Below, piece after piece: positions 38,104 through 52,019 of a DNA stretch of 64,000 nucleotides (position 1 is its first letter; every line of letters starts with the position of its first letter). Below the pieces are notes generated by a model that worked only from the letters and a program-made list of their open reading frames with translations, was not told the origin of the DNA and searched no databases. The position numbers and the translations under genes were made by a program. Origin of the DNA: Octopus vulgaris (taxonomy: Eukaryota); contig OX597822.1 in assembly GCA_951406725.2 (NCBI GenBank), forward strand, positions 18,290,001 to 18,354,000, given 5' to 3'.

Positions 38104-38805
38104 AAAGTCTGGGAGCGGAGAGGAATCAGCCTCAACACCAAGCTGAAAGTCTACCGGGCAGTCGTGCTTACCACCCTACTATACGGCTGCGAGACATGGA
38201 CTGCTTACCGAAGGCATGAGCGCCAGATAAACCACTTCCATCTCAGGTGTCTTCGGAACCTCCTTCACATCCGCTGGCAGGACAAAGTCCCAGACACGGA
38301 AGTTCTGAAGCAGGCAAATCTCCCTAGCACCATCACAATCATGCGCAAGGCCCAGCTGAGATGGGCGGGCCACGTCTCCCGCATGTCCGACACTCGCATC
38401 CCAAAACAGCTCTTCTACGGTGAACTCGGCCAGGGCAGGTGCAAAGTCGGAGGGCAGAAGAAGCGCTACGAGGATAGTCTCAAGGTCTCTCTCAAAGACT
38501 TCTCCATCGGAACAGAGACCTGGGAGACACTTGCTGCCAACCGCTCATCCTGGCGCAGTGCAATCACCTTGGGAGCAGGGACAGCCGAGGAGGGACGGAT
38601 TCGGTCAGCGGAGCAGAAACGTCAGGTGCATAAAGCCAGAGCCACCTGCACCAGTAGCACGGTCCCTACCCACTTCTGCCCCACCTGTGGGAGGGGCTTC
38701 CTTGCCCGGATTGGCCTCACCAGCCACCTCAGGTCTCATAGCGGCAGTTCCATCAGATGATATCAGTTGGTCATCTTCGAACTGAAGGACGAACATTATT
38801 ATTAT
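38104..38805 (+). mobile_element. Young 5'-truncated RTE-clade LINE with an uninterrupted C-terminal reading frame and C2H2 finger
   Basis: TKLKVYRAVVLTTLLYGCETW, LRWAGHVSRM, PKQLFYGEL and CPTCGRGFLARIGLTSHLRSH; stop at 38760, short 3' UTR and (ATT)n tail. Confidence 0.93.
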
Positions 38806-39534
38806 ATGTATATATATTTATTTGTGTATTTGTATGGACTAGTCTTCTGTGTGTGTATAGATGTATGTATGTGTATGCGTGTAGATATGAATTTGTAGGT
38901 ATGTGTACGTATGTGTATATACGTGCATGTATGTAGATGTATGTGTGTAGGTAGATATATGTAGGTATGCTTTTATGTACACGTGTATGCGTGCATGTGT
39001 GCTAATATGTACTTAAAGGCGTATGGATGCGTATAGATGCGTATGTATGTTTATATGCACAAATGTCTGTATATAGGCATATGCGTCTATATATGCGGGC
39101 AGTTGTTCATGTGTGTTTATGTGTACTGAAGTACATTTATTTATATATGTGGTTTTGTGTGTACATAGTTATGTGTACGTTTATGTGAAAGTCGGTACAC
39201 TTATGTATGTATGAATATAACACGTGCGTTTGTGTATGTGTATGAGTGTGCGCGTGAGTGTGTGTGCGTGTGTGAGTGTTTGTGTTCGTATCTGTGGGAA
39301 GAAAGATAGAAAGGAAGGGAGGAGGGCAATAAATGGATTCTTTAGACTAGTTCCCTTGGGAGGACATCACTTCAGTGCTGGGCTGGCTGGCCAAGGTCAA
39401 AATAAAAATAAAAATAAAAACAAAAGTAAAAAATAAAATTAAAATAAGGGAAGAAATGTGTGTGTATGTGTGTGCATGTATATGCATATGTATGTGTATG
39501 TATGTGTGTGTATATATATGTGTGTGTGTGTATA

Positions 39535-39583
<49 letters not shown>

Positions 39584-39639
39584 GTATATGTATATGTATG
39601 TATGTGTATATATATATATATATATAGGTGTGTGTATGT

Positions 39640-39672
<33 letters not shown>

Positions 39673-39995
39673 GATAGATAGATAGATATGTGAGCGTGTG
39701 TGTATGGGGGTGTATATCCCCCTTTATATATATATGTGCGTAGACATATATATGTGTATGTATGAGTATGGGTATGGGCGTGTACGTAGATGCATGTATA
39801 TGGGTGCATATGTACATGTGTATATGGATGTATGTGTGTATGTGTGTATGTGCATGTATATGTATGTATATATATGTATATGTGTATGTATGTATGTATA
39901 TATGTGTGTATATGTATGTATGTATATATATACATATGTGTATGTGTGTGTGTATGTGTATATGTACATGCATGCATATATATATATATATATAT

Positions 39996-41031
39996 ATATA
40001 AGAATGAATGTTTTTATATATAATGAACGTGAAATACAGGAAGGGACGAACACGGAACACAGACAAATCATTCGAAGCCTTCAATCTTCAGTCAGACACC
40101 GAATCATCATAGCAAATTTCGGCTGTTCAATTCTGATATTTGCTCCAACTCGGCCAGCCCCAAGAAAAAAAACTAAGCTGTAAGCATTAGATTTCTTGGT
40201 AGAAGACAGGAATGTGAACGCACAAGACGGATGTAAATACAAGAGACGAAAACGAAATTGAAAACAGTAATGAATAAACAAAAATATATATAACGGTGGT
40301 TGTCATACGACTTTAGACCAAATGAGACAGAAACAACAACAACATAGCAGCTGGCGTAGAAATAATTACCGTTTCGGTAGCGGGGACACATGTTGGTCGA
40401 GATACGATGGCCAACAGAATGGTTTAAGAAGCAGCAGGTTGCAGGAGAGAGAGAGAAAGAGAGACAGAGAGAGAGGGAATCAAAGAGGGTGGAAGGCAGG
40501 GGACAGAATCAGTGACCAAGAGAAAAGGAGAAAGAAGGGATTAAGGAGGATGGGAGGTAGAGGGGAGGAGGATGGGAGGAAGAGGGGGAAGAATCGGAGG
40601 GCGCCAAAAAGTTTGGTGAAGAAGCAATGGCGGGTAGGAAAGACAGTGTGTATAGAAGTCGTGCAGGGTTTAAAATTGGACAAACAAACGGGGGGTGCAC
40701 GTAATGCCGCAATAATATAAGAATGAATGTTTTTATATATAATGAACGTGAAATACAGGAAGGGACGAACACGGAACACAGACAAATCATTCGAAGCCTT
40801 CAATCTTCAGTCAGACACCGAATCATCATAGCAAATTTCGGCTGTTCAATTCTGATATTTGCTCCAACTTGGCCAACCCCAAGAAAAAAAACTAAGCTGT
40901 AAGCATTAGATTTCTTGGTAGAAGACAGGAATGTGAACGCACAAGACGGATGTAAATACAAGAGACGAAAACGAAATTGAAAACAGTAATGAATAAACAA
41001 AAATATATATAACGGTGGTTGTCATACGACT
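39996..41031 (-). mobile_element. Element with 317-bp direct repeats (39996-40312 and 40715-41031) around a 402-bp spacer; probable partial-tandem Penelope-like derivative
   Basis: The two copies differ at only 2 positions seen. There are no clear TG..CA ends at the repeat borders, and the spacer is pyrimidine-rich on the minus strand. Class and strand are inferred. Confidence 0.55.
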
Positions 41032-41034
41032 ATG

Positions 41035-41382
41035 TATAAGTGAGAGTCTCCTTATTTACCTAAAACTCTATTTTTCTATTTATTTTTTTATTTATTCTTT
41101 TATTTATTCTTTTATCTACTTTACCACTGATTCCTTTGACCACTCCCCTAAAAATGATAGTTTGCGCCATGCCTACCCCAAAAAGTCCCCCACAACCACC
41201 CCTTTAAACCTGCCTAAATGTATAAATGCCAAAACTACTCTTGTCACCTAGCTTCCTGATGATTTCTTTTGAATGAAACAGTTCTAGTCCTGTAGAAGCT
41301 CCTTCTATAAAATAAATTAATTTACTCTGCTATGTATTGAGTACCTTATTTACTGTGGTTAACCCCGACTCAACCCGGGACC

Positions 41383-41383
<1 letters not shown>
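41035..41383 (+). mobile_element. Penelope-type pseudo-LTR module (TATA, hammerhead, AATAAA)
   Basis: tataaa at 41221, hammerhead at 41250-41300, aataaa at 41311; ends in (TA)n. Confidence 0.65.
41250..41300 (+). ncRNA. Type I hammerhead ribozyme
   Basis: agcttc-CUGAUGA-u-uuc(uuuu)gaa-u-GAAA-cag(uucuaguc)cug-UA-gaagcu. Stem I is a perfect 6 bp, both core boxes are intact, stem III is closed, and the cleavage triplet is GUA. Confidence 0.8.
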
Positions 41384-42110
<727 letters not shown>

Positions 42111-42551
42111 CCAGAAAGAGAATATGTTCAAACAGCCACACTCTCCTCTTCCATCCAACAATATCAGTGACTTTAGAATAATTGTGAACAATCTTAGCCA
42201 TAGTTGTCACATCAGCAATGAAGTTGATATGGCTCATAAGATGGACTCCTGGATCCTCAGGAAATTTCTGGTCCAGAGATCCAGATGTTTCCAAATAAGG
42301 TAATATTTCCCATGGCTTGACATTTTTCACATAAGGCTGTAAACAAATAACAGGCTTCCTTTGCAACCATCATGTTACGTCAAAACAAGGTTACATGCAA
42401 AACTCATGTGGACATACACACACACACATGATTAGCTTCTCTCAGTTTCTACTGAAGCCACTCACAGAGCTTTGGTCTACTCAGGACTGTTGTCGCACCC
42501 AAGACCACATAGTTCAGAAGCAAGTATGTTAACTTCAAAGCCCTGTTTGTA

Positions 42552-43554
42552 TCATATCTATAAAAGGCATGATGTGTGTGTGTGTGTGTGTGTACGTGAT
42601 TGTAATTTATGCATATCCACAAATTAGCACACGTGTTGCTCCAATTTTAGGAGGACATTTGTCAACATCCTATCTGGGTTTTGTCAACTTATTTTTTCCT
42701 GAGGCACCCGTGGATAGCGTAAAAATCTATTTTCAACCATAGCTTTTAGCCATAAAAAATATCAGCCTTAGCTTTTTTGATGGCATCTAACAAAAAAAAG
42801 TAAGATAAAGAAAAGTGGAAGAAGGAGGCAGAGAGTTTCACGGGAAAGACAAAGTGAGAGAGAGAGAAAGTTATGACATTCATAAAAAAATAAAATGTAA
42901 AATGTTTTGTTTTTGGTTTTTGAAAGACACTATATTTTATAATCATAGTATATATACTTTCTCACACAACAATTACAATATATTTATTTTAAATCATTTA
43001 TTTATTTTAAATAGTTCATCTTTCTCCCCCTTCTCTCTCTCACACACCTTACTTTGGGTGCGAAAGATTTTTTGTTTTTATTTTACGCAGAGTAAAAAAG
43101 TGTTTTGTTGACAATCCATTTATTTAACAACAAAGAAACAAAGAGGTGAGTAACAATTTGTCAGTGAATTACAAAATATAAATGGGTACAATTTGTGAGG
43201 CTCCCACCACACCCCACTCCGTTTCACAGACCACAAAAAGGGTTTTGAGGCCAGAGTAGTTGATTCCACGCAAAATAACGATTTTTTTTCTTAGTGAAAA
43301 TCGTGCAAGTGTTAATCTACAAATTTAACAACATTTTTCCCATTCATTTCTGTTTATGAACATGTATGCATGCACAAAACATGCAATAGGTGTATGTACG
43401 TATGTGTGTTCGTATGTGTATATATAATATAACTAATTTCAATGGATTTCACCCAAATTTGACGTCTATATTACTTAGTTTGGTTTGAAATAAAGAACTT
43501 GATTAACTTAATAATCATAACTTAATCCCAAGCAAGGCTGGGTTATATTGCTAG
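42552..43554 (+). mobile_element. Non-autonomous Helitron, about 1 kb
   Basis: 5' a|tcatatctataaaaggc followed by (TG)n; 3' hairpin cccaagc-aag-gctggg (43527-43542), 8 nt, then CTAG|t. Confidence 0.75.
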
Positions 43555-44763
43555 TATATTTATATATTTGTATACATCCACATATAAGAATTTGTTGTTA
43601 TGGCACAAAAATAATATGGGAGTAAGCTGTGAAAGAGCAAATACCAAGTGATTGTGCAGCAGTAGGAGAAATAAAATGCAAGTTCTATTTCTTCAAGTTC
43701 TGTGTTCAAATTCTTCTCACATTGATGATATAATGACCAGTTATGTACTGGGGTTGAGTTAATCAACTCTGAATTCTCTCCTCATGCTCATCTTTCTCCA
43801 AGAATTGTTTACAAAGTGAGAGTCCATTAATTGTCAGGACTGGTTTCTGTAATACACAGAAAATTCTCTTTACTGAAACTCACATTTCACAAAACTCAGT
43901 TTGGTAAAGAAAGATTAGGAATATTTGAATCCAGTATTTAGGAATAAATCGTGCTTTCTACACACTTCTGCACAAAATTTCGGCATCATCCTCTTGTGTT
44001 GCCATTCTTTATATTCTCTAGAATCATCATTGCTCACACCTCCATCAGTGTTCATCATTGACTGCTTTCATTTCTGCCTTCATCTCTACTTTCATACTCA
44101 TGGTCCTACCTGTCTACCCAGCCATTCTTGATTATGTACTCTTATTCTCTGTCTGTCTAATTTCTTGAACCTTTCTTGCGGGAGTAGCCATGTAGCACCT
44201 CAACAGAAGGCTACCTGTTCATGTCTCTCTTTCATGCCTTAAGCATCTCACCTGGTACAAAACCATTCTCACTCAGTACTGAATTTCTCCTGATTCTATC
44301 AAAGGATCTTGTTTTGTAAGCTATTTTGGTAACCTCACCTGTGTCAGTGCCCCCATATACTCTGTGAAGTGATTGGCATTAGGAAGGGTGTCCAGCTGTA
44401 GAAACCTTTCCAAAGAAGACATTATAGATCTCTGTAGCTCTCAGACTAATCAGATCCTATCAGATCATCCAACCCTTGCTAGCATGAAGTATAAATGTTA
44501 AATGATGAGGATTATGATGAGTGCTCAAAAAAGTTAACAATGCTTGGTATAAATCTCCATGTACAATAAACAGTTTCCCCCCCCCCATCAAAGTCAGTAT
44601 TAAAATTCAGAGTGTATATAAGTATCATATTAAACTTCAAAGTTTTCCCCTTATTAAAAAAAAAACACAAAAATATAATAAAACTTTAGTTTTAAGATTT
44701 GTTTATCAAATATTTTAGTTTTAAAAATTAATGGATTGAAGTTGATGATTTACTCGAGTAATA

Positions 44764-45621
44764 TGAGGGGGTACCCAAAAGAAACCAGAATCTTGCAGTG
44801 TTATTTTATTCACTTAGTTTTACATGTTTACACTTTTATCACTTTCAAAGTATTCTCCATTTGAAGCTATGCATTGGTTCAGATGCATTTTCCAGTTTGA
44901 AGCAGTGCCAGAACTCTTGCAAAGTGATGCTTTTTTAATGCCTTCATCGTTTTTTTTCTTGGTGTTTTCCACATCTGCAAATTCCATAGCACCAGCTTTT
45001 GTCACCTGTGATGACTTTTGAAAAAAAGGTTTGGATCAACTTCCAACTGTTCTTTGTTCTCAACATGCATTCAGTCATGATTGCTTTTGATCTTCTGTGA
45101 GCAAGCTAAGCACAACTTTTCCTGAAACTCCTTTTATTCACAATTCTTCACTCAAAATTCGTTGGCAGGAGCTCCAGGACACACCAATCATATCAACAAG
45201 TTCACAAATTGTTCAGTGATGGTCCTCATGAGTTTTCATATTTTCCTTTAGTTAAGAGATCAATGGCCATCCTGAAGAAAGTTGGTCTTCAAGTAAGAAA
45301 TTACCATTCCTGGAGCTTGAAAACCACTCATGAACTTGTGTTTTACTCATGGTAGTGTCCTTGTAAGCTTTTTGAAGCATGGCAACTGTTTGGACTAATG
45401 TTTACCCTAGCTGAAAACAGAATTTCATGGAAGCATACCATTCCTTCATTTCAGCTATTGCAAAAAATGACAAACAGGGGAGAATCACTACAAAACAAAG
45501 ACATACCCTGTGGCAGACTGATGTCCAAGGGTTGCATGAAGTGGCTTCTAGCAGCAGAACCTCAAACTACAATGGGCTTGTCCCACAGAGAATGTTTCCG
45601 GTTACTTTTTGGTACCCCTCA
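44764..45621 (-). mobile_element. Internally deleted mariner element with both TIRs
   Basis: ta|tgagggggtacccaaaagaaacc ... ggttactttttggtacccctca|ta. Minus strand gives VITGDKSWCYG (first catalytic D) joined to the C-terminal WKMHLNQCIASNGEYFESD. Confidence 0.88.
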
Positions 45622-46589
45622 TAGTTTTGTTACACTGTCTGTTGTAATAATAATAAGTTTTTTTAGAAAATGTTGCCCCTCCTCCAAAATCAAGATGTGC
45701 ATTATAGATTGTAGTATGTTATATATGGACTTCTATGGCTGATGATTTCATCATGTCACATATAACACCAGATAAGCATCTCCACAAGAGTAATGTAGTA
45801 ATTGTTAAAATACTTGTGGTATAGCTTTTCTGTTGTAAAACGAAATGTGACATTGTGTCATAAAGTGACATCATGGAAGTTATTTTCCTGAATTATACAT
45901 AAATGCCAAGAAATAGTTTGGCATATTAAATAATTTACTAAATAAAAATTATGAGTTTTTCAGAGTGGAGCATTCTGGTGGAAATTATTCTCTGACTTAG
46001 TGCCAAATTCTTATGTTCAGAAGAATAACTAATGTTTAATGTTCATCATAAATTCTTCCCCTTAAAGTGGCTGCTTGTGTACATAATAATTAAATGTTTT
46101 CATCAGAAAGATTTTTGAAATTTTATGTGCATGGGTATATAATAAATTGCTAAATATTTTGAAACAGCTAAATTTGTATTCATTCATAATGCACAATGAA
46201 TGTTGTTAGGTCACATGTTGCTACATGGAGAAAAGATTACAGAAATCTTCCATAAAAGTAAGGAGAGAAAATGTTGACGGGGGTGGGGGGAGAATTAAGC
46301 TAAAATAACTGATTAGTTTGCTTTTCTAGCAATTCATCCACTTTAGCAATCTGCAAGTGAATAATCTGTCCTTGTGTAACCCCTTGTAAAAGTAATTCAT
46401 TTTCTGGTGTTCTTCAGCATTTTATGAGTGGTGGCTAGGTGGGATGGAAAAAGCAGGGAAAAATACTCAAACTTTGGTTTAAATTACTCTCATACAGCAC
46501 CTTCTCATCTTTTCTTCACTGCCTACCATTATGTAAAGTGCATGATTTATCAAGCTTAAGTATCTTTCATACAATATGCATCACATTAG

Positions 46590-46830
46590 CTTTCTATTTT
46601 TCGATCAACGGATAGACCTACGGGTCATTTGCTAAATGGATATACATTAATGTCAGTTATATTTTCCTTCTTGTTACTTACTAATTTAGACAAATGTATC
46701 AGAAAGTTTCCCGCTAGAAAAAGTAACACCTTCACTTTACACGTAGTTTCCAAAAGCCTTTCAGGAAAATATTTCAAAATGAATCTCACTATTGTTGTTA
46801 CTTCATGCCTTTCCACTATTCAACAACCAG
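46590..46830 (-). mobile_element. Possible PIF/Harbinger-ISL2EU transposase relic
   Basis: Stitched frames VTTIV..FEIFPERLL..VTFSS weakly resemble IIDCTEIFIERP..TFSxYK. Confidence 0.25.
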
Positions 46831-49612
46831 CCAACACTTGCAAGCAAAATGACTTTTAACTTTTGCTAAATATTAATGAAACGAGCTGGTATTCTGCACT
46901 TTTCCAGAATAGAACAACTAAGTTGTTTCAATCAATTTTAGGAAGAAAATGTATTCCCAAACAGAAAGAACCTCACTCAAAATATTCTGTAAATTTTGTT
47001 GTTGCTGTTGTTTTACTTTTACACCTCATTATTTCATGCAAATTACCCATGGTTCAGTGCTTAGGATATTGGCTTCCTGATCATAAAATCATGAGTTCGA
47101 TTCCTTGACTGAGTAATGTGATATATTGAGGCTCAAGCAAAGCTGCTCCTTTCAAGTTGCTCTAATGTGCTCAACTGGAAACAAGTGCCGGACGAGTATT
47201 GGTGCAGCCTTGTTTCTTTCCCGCTAATGTATACTTGATGTTCTGCAAGATCAAAGCAGAAGGGCTAGGGGGCTGTCTTTCTGCTTGCAACGAAATAGAA
47301 AACTTCAAATAATTAGTGAAAGCGTGGTACGGCTATGGTACAGGCCATAACCACTAGACATAGCCACTGGTCTTAGTCAGTCATGGTAGAAGACAATGAT
47401 ACATTTTTCCATTTTATGCATTCCACAACCGTTATCCAGTGTTACAAACTGTCAATTCATCAAAATAAATAAATGAATAAAAGAGAAGAAAATACAGAAT
47501 AAAACAAAACAACATTCCAAAGAAGACTTACTGATAGAAACAATATTTACAACGGAAGAGACTCCAAAAAATGTGTTTTTAGCAGATCAAGTTCCACTAA
47601 TGAATTTAATTAATACATAAAATTTTGCTAATTATAGTTAGATTAGTTTTTAAATTATTATTTCCATGTAAGTATTCATTGCTAGTTGTTGATTAGATTG
47701 TTTGCAATGTGTGTTGTTTGTTCAAGTAAATCAATTAATTTCATTATTTATTAAGTGGATTAAATTAGCTTTCCCCTCCAAAAAGAAAAGAAAATGCTTA
47801 GCTGTGTCTGAAGAATGCAATTCACCTGAGTAGGAGGTATCGGGGGGGGGGGGGATAATAACTGACAATAGTAAAACTACATGAATACTAGTTCCAAAAA
47901 CAAACAAATAAACAAACAATCTAATCTTAGATAAAATTCTCATTAAAAGGCATTAAATAAAATCATTTGTAACATTGGTCTGGGTGTTTTTTTATAATCT
48001 CCTGAGTGTCTAAGCAGCTGTTATAAACTTATCTGTATCCAACTAAATACTATCTTAAAAACCATGAAATACCTGAATGAAGTTAAATAGAGTACTACTT
48101 TTTCACTCGCTTATCATCTTGCTCTACTCAACAAATTTAGTTTCAGACATTATAAAATGCACCTTAGTGAAAGATGCAGTTAGTTAGACCTGCCCAACAC
48201 ATGCAAGCATAGAAAAACAGACAATGATGAAGAGGGGGATGATGTTGATGGTAGTGATGATGACGACGATGACAAGAACAGCAATGTCAGCAATGGCAGC
48301 AGGCAAAACTAAAAATACTTGTGATTAGTTCTTTGGAAGTGGTGTGAGAGAGAAAGAGAGAGGGAGAGGTGGGGTGTACGTAGATAAATGAAGTTAAGAA
48401 AAGAAAGCATTTACCAATCAATTGTGTGAATATTTAAACCAAAATATAAGTTGGTATGTTTCCTAATTTATGCAAAATAGTTGTAAGTTCTTCATGTTTT
48501 TGCTATTTATTGGAAATTCTGAAATAACTAACCATTGATTGGTGTATTTTTAAGTTAGATTTTTGAAGTTACAATTCTAAGTAGAACAGTTATTGAAAAC
48601 CTGTCGCTAACCTTGTTATTTTTGAATATTCTTGTCAAAGTTATTCATTAAATTTGTCAGTTTATATTGGAATGTGTACTAACAATGAAAAAAATAAATT
48701 CTTTTAAGCATTATAAAATAATAGAATGGTTCATTTCCAAATATTCTCATGTTTGCCTTTTTTTCTTTGAAATTTATCCATGTTAAATTTCTTAATCTCT
48801 GATTTGTCTTTTATCTGTCTACCAATCTTATCTTGCAATTTATTGGAATTTGTTTAACTATTCCTTAGAAATATCAAATCATCTGCTCAAGTTCTAGCAT
48901 TTATTTTTTTTTAATTTTATTTAAATTTTTGGTGTTTATTTGTTTATTGTTCTCTTTCCTTGTTTTCATTTGCTTTCATTTGCTTTTGAACTTATTATTA
49001 AGCATTGTTTCCGAATATTCTTTGCATAATTTAGTATATCTTCGTTGATATCTAAACATTAAGCTATTTAAGTTTCGGTATTCTCTATGCACGATCATTA
49101 TCATCTATCAATATAAAACTATGATAAGAAAACAAATTAAAACAAAAACCTAATAACTTGATAGCTTAAATTATTTCCAAATGGTTGCTGTCATAAAATT
49201 CTGTGTTTAGTAAGCACTTTACCAAACTCTTTGGCATAGCCACAAGGCACATTTATCCAATTGCAAAGAGAAATATGATGGCAAAGCTATTCATCGTTTC
49301 ATCATTTCTACGTCTGCTTTTTCCATGCTGGTATGGGTTGAGAGAGACTTTTTGAGGTTATATTCTACAGCTGGATGTCTTTCCTCCTGCCAGCTCTCCC
49401 TTCTGATTTCGTTTGGTTTGCAAGTAAGGTATTTTTCTAGTCTTTGTGAATAAAATCACCAACATGCCTGAATAATGATTTTAATTCCATTAAATAAACT
49501 TCACTGCTGCCAAAGTAGTGATAGTATAAAGAGATACAGGCACACATGTACAAATATGCACACACACACACACACAAATAATATAGGTGTGTGTGTGTGT
49601 GTGTGCGTGTGT

Positions 49613-52005
49613 ATCATCATCATCCTCATTTAATGTCTGCTCTCCATGCTGGCATAGGTTAAACAGTTTCCCTGGAGCTGATGAACTGGAGAGCTGCACC
49701 AGGTCCCAGTCCCATTTGGCATGGTTTCTACGTCTGGATGCCCTTCCTAATGCCAACCATTCCAGGAGTATAATGGGTGCTTTTAGGTGCCACTAGCATG
49801 GATACCATTTACATGATACAGGCAACAACCATGACTATGAATCACAGGTGCCATTGACATGGCACCAGCAATGACATGACTATGATGCATGTGTGCCATT
49901 TACTGGCATAATGACTACTATGATTTCCCTTGACCTGATGAGAGTCTTTCATGCACAGAGCTCTCGATCACTTATCATCACCTCCATGAGTCCCAACATT
50001 CAAAGATCAAGCTTCACCACTTTGTCCCATGTCTTCCTGGCTCTACCTCTTGCATGGTCTCCCACCCACAGTTAAAGATCAGCATTTCTTCACACAGCTG
50101 TCCTCATACATACACATCATATGTCAGTGTAGTTGTCTCTCTTGCACACCACATCTGATGTCTCTTATGTCCAGCTTTTCTCTCAAGACGCTTACACTTT
50201 GTTGCACATACACACTGACATTACACATCCAGCAGAGCTTGCTAACTTCATTTCTTACTAGCCTATGCATGTTTTATCACCAGTCACAGCCCATGTTTCA
50301 TTGCCATGTAGCATAGCTGTTCACACACAAGCATCATACAGTCTGTTTTCACTCTGAGCAAGAGGTCCTTTGTTGGCAGCAGAGGTAGGAGCTCTTTGAA
50401 CTTTGCCCATCCTTTTCCTATTCTCACAGCTACACTCTCAGAGCATCCACCTCCACTGCTGACTTGGTCACCTAGATAATGGAAACTATCAACTACCTCT
50501 AGCTTACCCTGCTAGCATTTGATGGAATCTATTTTCTGTACATTTGTGGTGTTTATTGTATCTGTGCACCTTCCACACACAAAAACTAGTTTCCCTTTGA
50601 CCTCCCTCTGATGATGCCACACCTCTTATGTGTCCATAGCTTACACTGGGTACATCTTATGGAGTTTCTACCTACTCCTTTTCTACAGATTGTGCAGGGC
50701 CATCTACCTGAAGGGATTTGTGATTTGTCATCCTTACTACTTACTAAGACTTTGGCTTTTGCTTGATTAACTCAAATGCCCTTTGATTCTAGACCTTGCT
50801 TTCACACCTGAAATTTCTTCTCTAGTTCTGGAAGAGATTTGGCTATGAGAAGAAGGTCGTCAGCATAGAGGGGCTCCCAGAGGTAGCCCATCTTAAATTC
50901 TGCTGTTATTGCCTGGAGGGTTATGATGAACAGGAGGAGACTAGGTGGCTGATCCTTGGTGAACCCCCTAGTTGTATCCTGAATATTCATTGCCAAACCT
51001 TACTTCACTGAGAAAATCCTTGTACATGACTTGTACAGCTCTCTCCAATCACTTGTCTATCCTTAGTTTCTGCATTGACCACCAGCTGAGGGATCAGGGG
51101 ACCTTATCAAAGTCTTTTGCTATGTAAACAAAAGCCAAGTACAAAGGCTTATCTTTGGCTAGGTACTTTTTCTGTGGCTGCTTTACCAGAAATATCGCAT
51201 CAGTGGTACTTCTCCCCGGCACAAAACCAAACTGCATTTCATCTAGACTGACTCTCTTCCTAATTAGTTGGGCTAATTAGTTAGGCTCTGTAACTGTCAT
51301 TACCTGATTTAACAGTTTGATACCTTGGTAATTATTTCTGTCTAAGGCATCACCTTCACTTTTGTAGCAGTTGGCTATGGTGCTGCTACACCAGTCATTG
51401 GATGTGACTCCCTAATGTATAACCTGATTTACTATATGGGTAACTAGAACATACCCCACACTGCCAGATGCATCTCGGCAATGATTCCTGATGGGCTGGG
51501 GGCTTTCCTGGTCTTCATATCCTTTGTGGCTTTATCTACCATGTTACTGTCTATTTGGATTGCTGACCCCTCATTTGGATCCACTTTAGACAAAGTCTCC
51601 TTCTCCAATGAATTCTCTACATTTAGCAGCCTTTCATAGTGGCACTTCCAAACCTCTTTCTTTACAGAGTCACTAACTGCGAACACATTTCTCTCCAACA
51701 ACATTAAAATTTTCCCTGGCACACTGTCTTGCAAGCTGAAGCACTCCAAGCCCCTGGTCCTCACACTGTAAGACATTGGCAAATCTCTTCCTTTCTGCTT
51801 CTTCACTCCTGTCTAAGTACAGCTGCTTCCAACCTTCCTTCCTAGCTGACTGATACCTTGCTACCACTACTCTTCCAGCCCTTCCAAGCCAGTTTCTTTG
51901 CTCTAATGGCCCTGTCAACTGCCCTGTTCCACCACCACATCACCTTAGGCCTTGCTGGGACTTTACACCAGCCACAAATTTGATCTGCGGTGCTCAGCAA
52001 GTTGT
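49613..52005 (-). mobile_element. Decayed RTE LINE, 2.4 kb, including the RT core
   Basis: KKEVWKCHYERLLNVEN, KAPSPSGIIAEM, LYADDLLLIA (about 50840-50870), a Cys/His finger, RTE C-terminus, 3' UTR and (GAT)n tail; many stops and frameshifts. Confidence 0.9.
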
Positions 52006-52019
52006 CCTGTAGGAACTTC

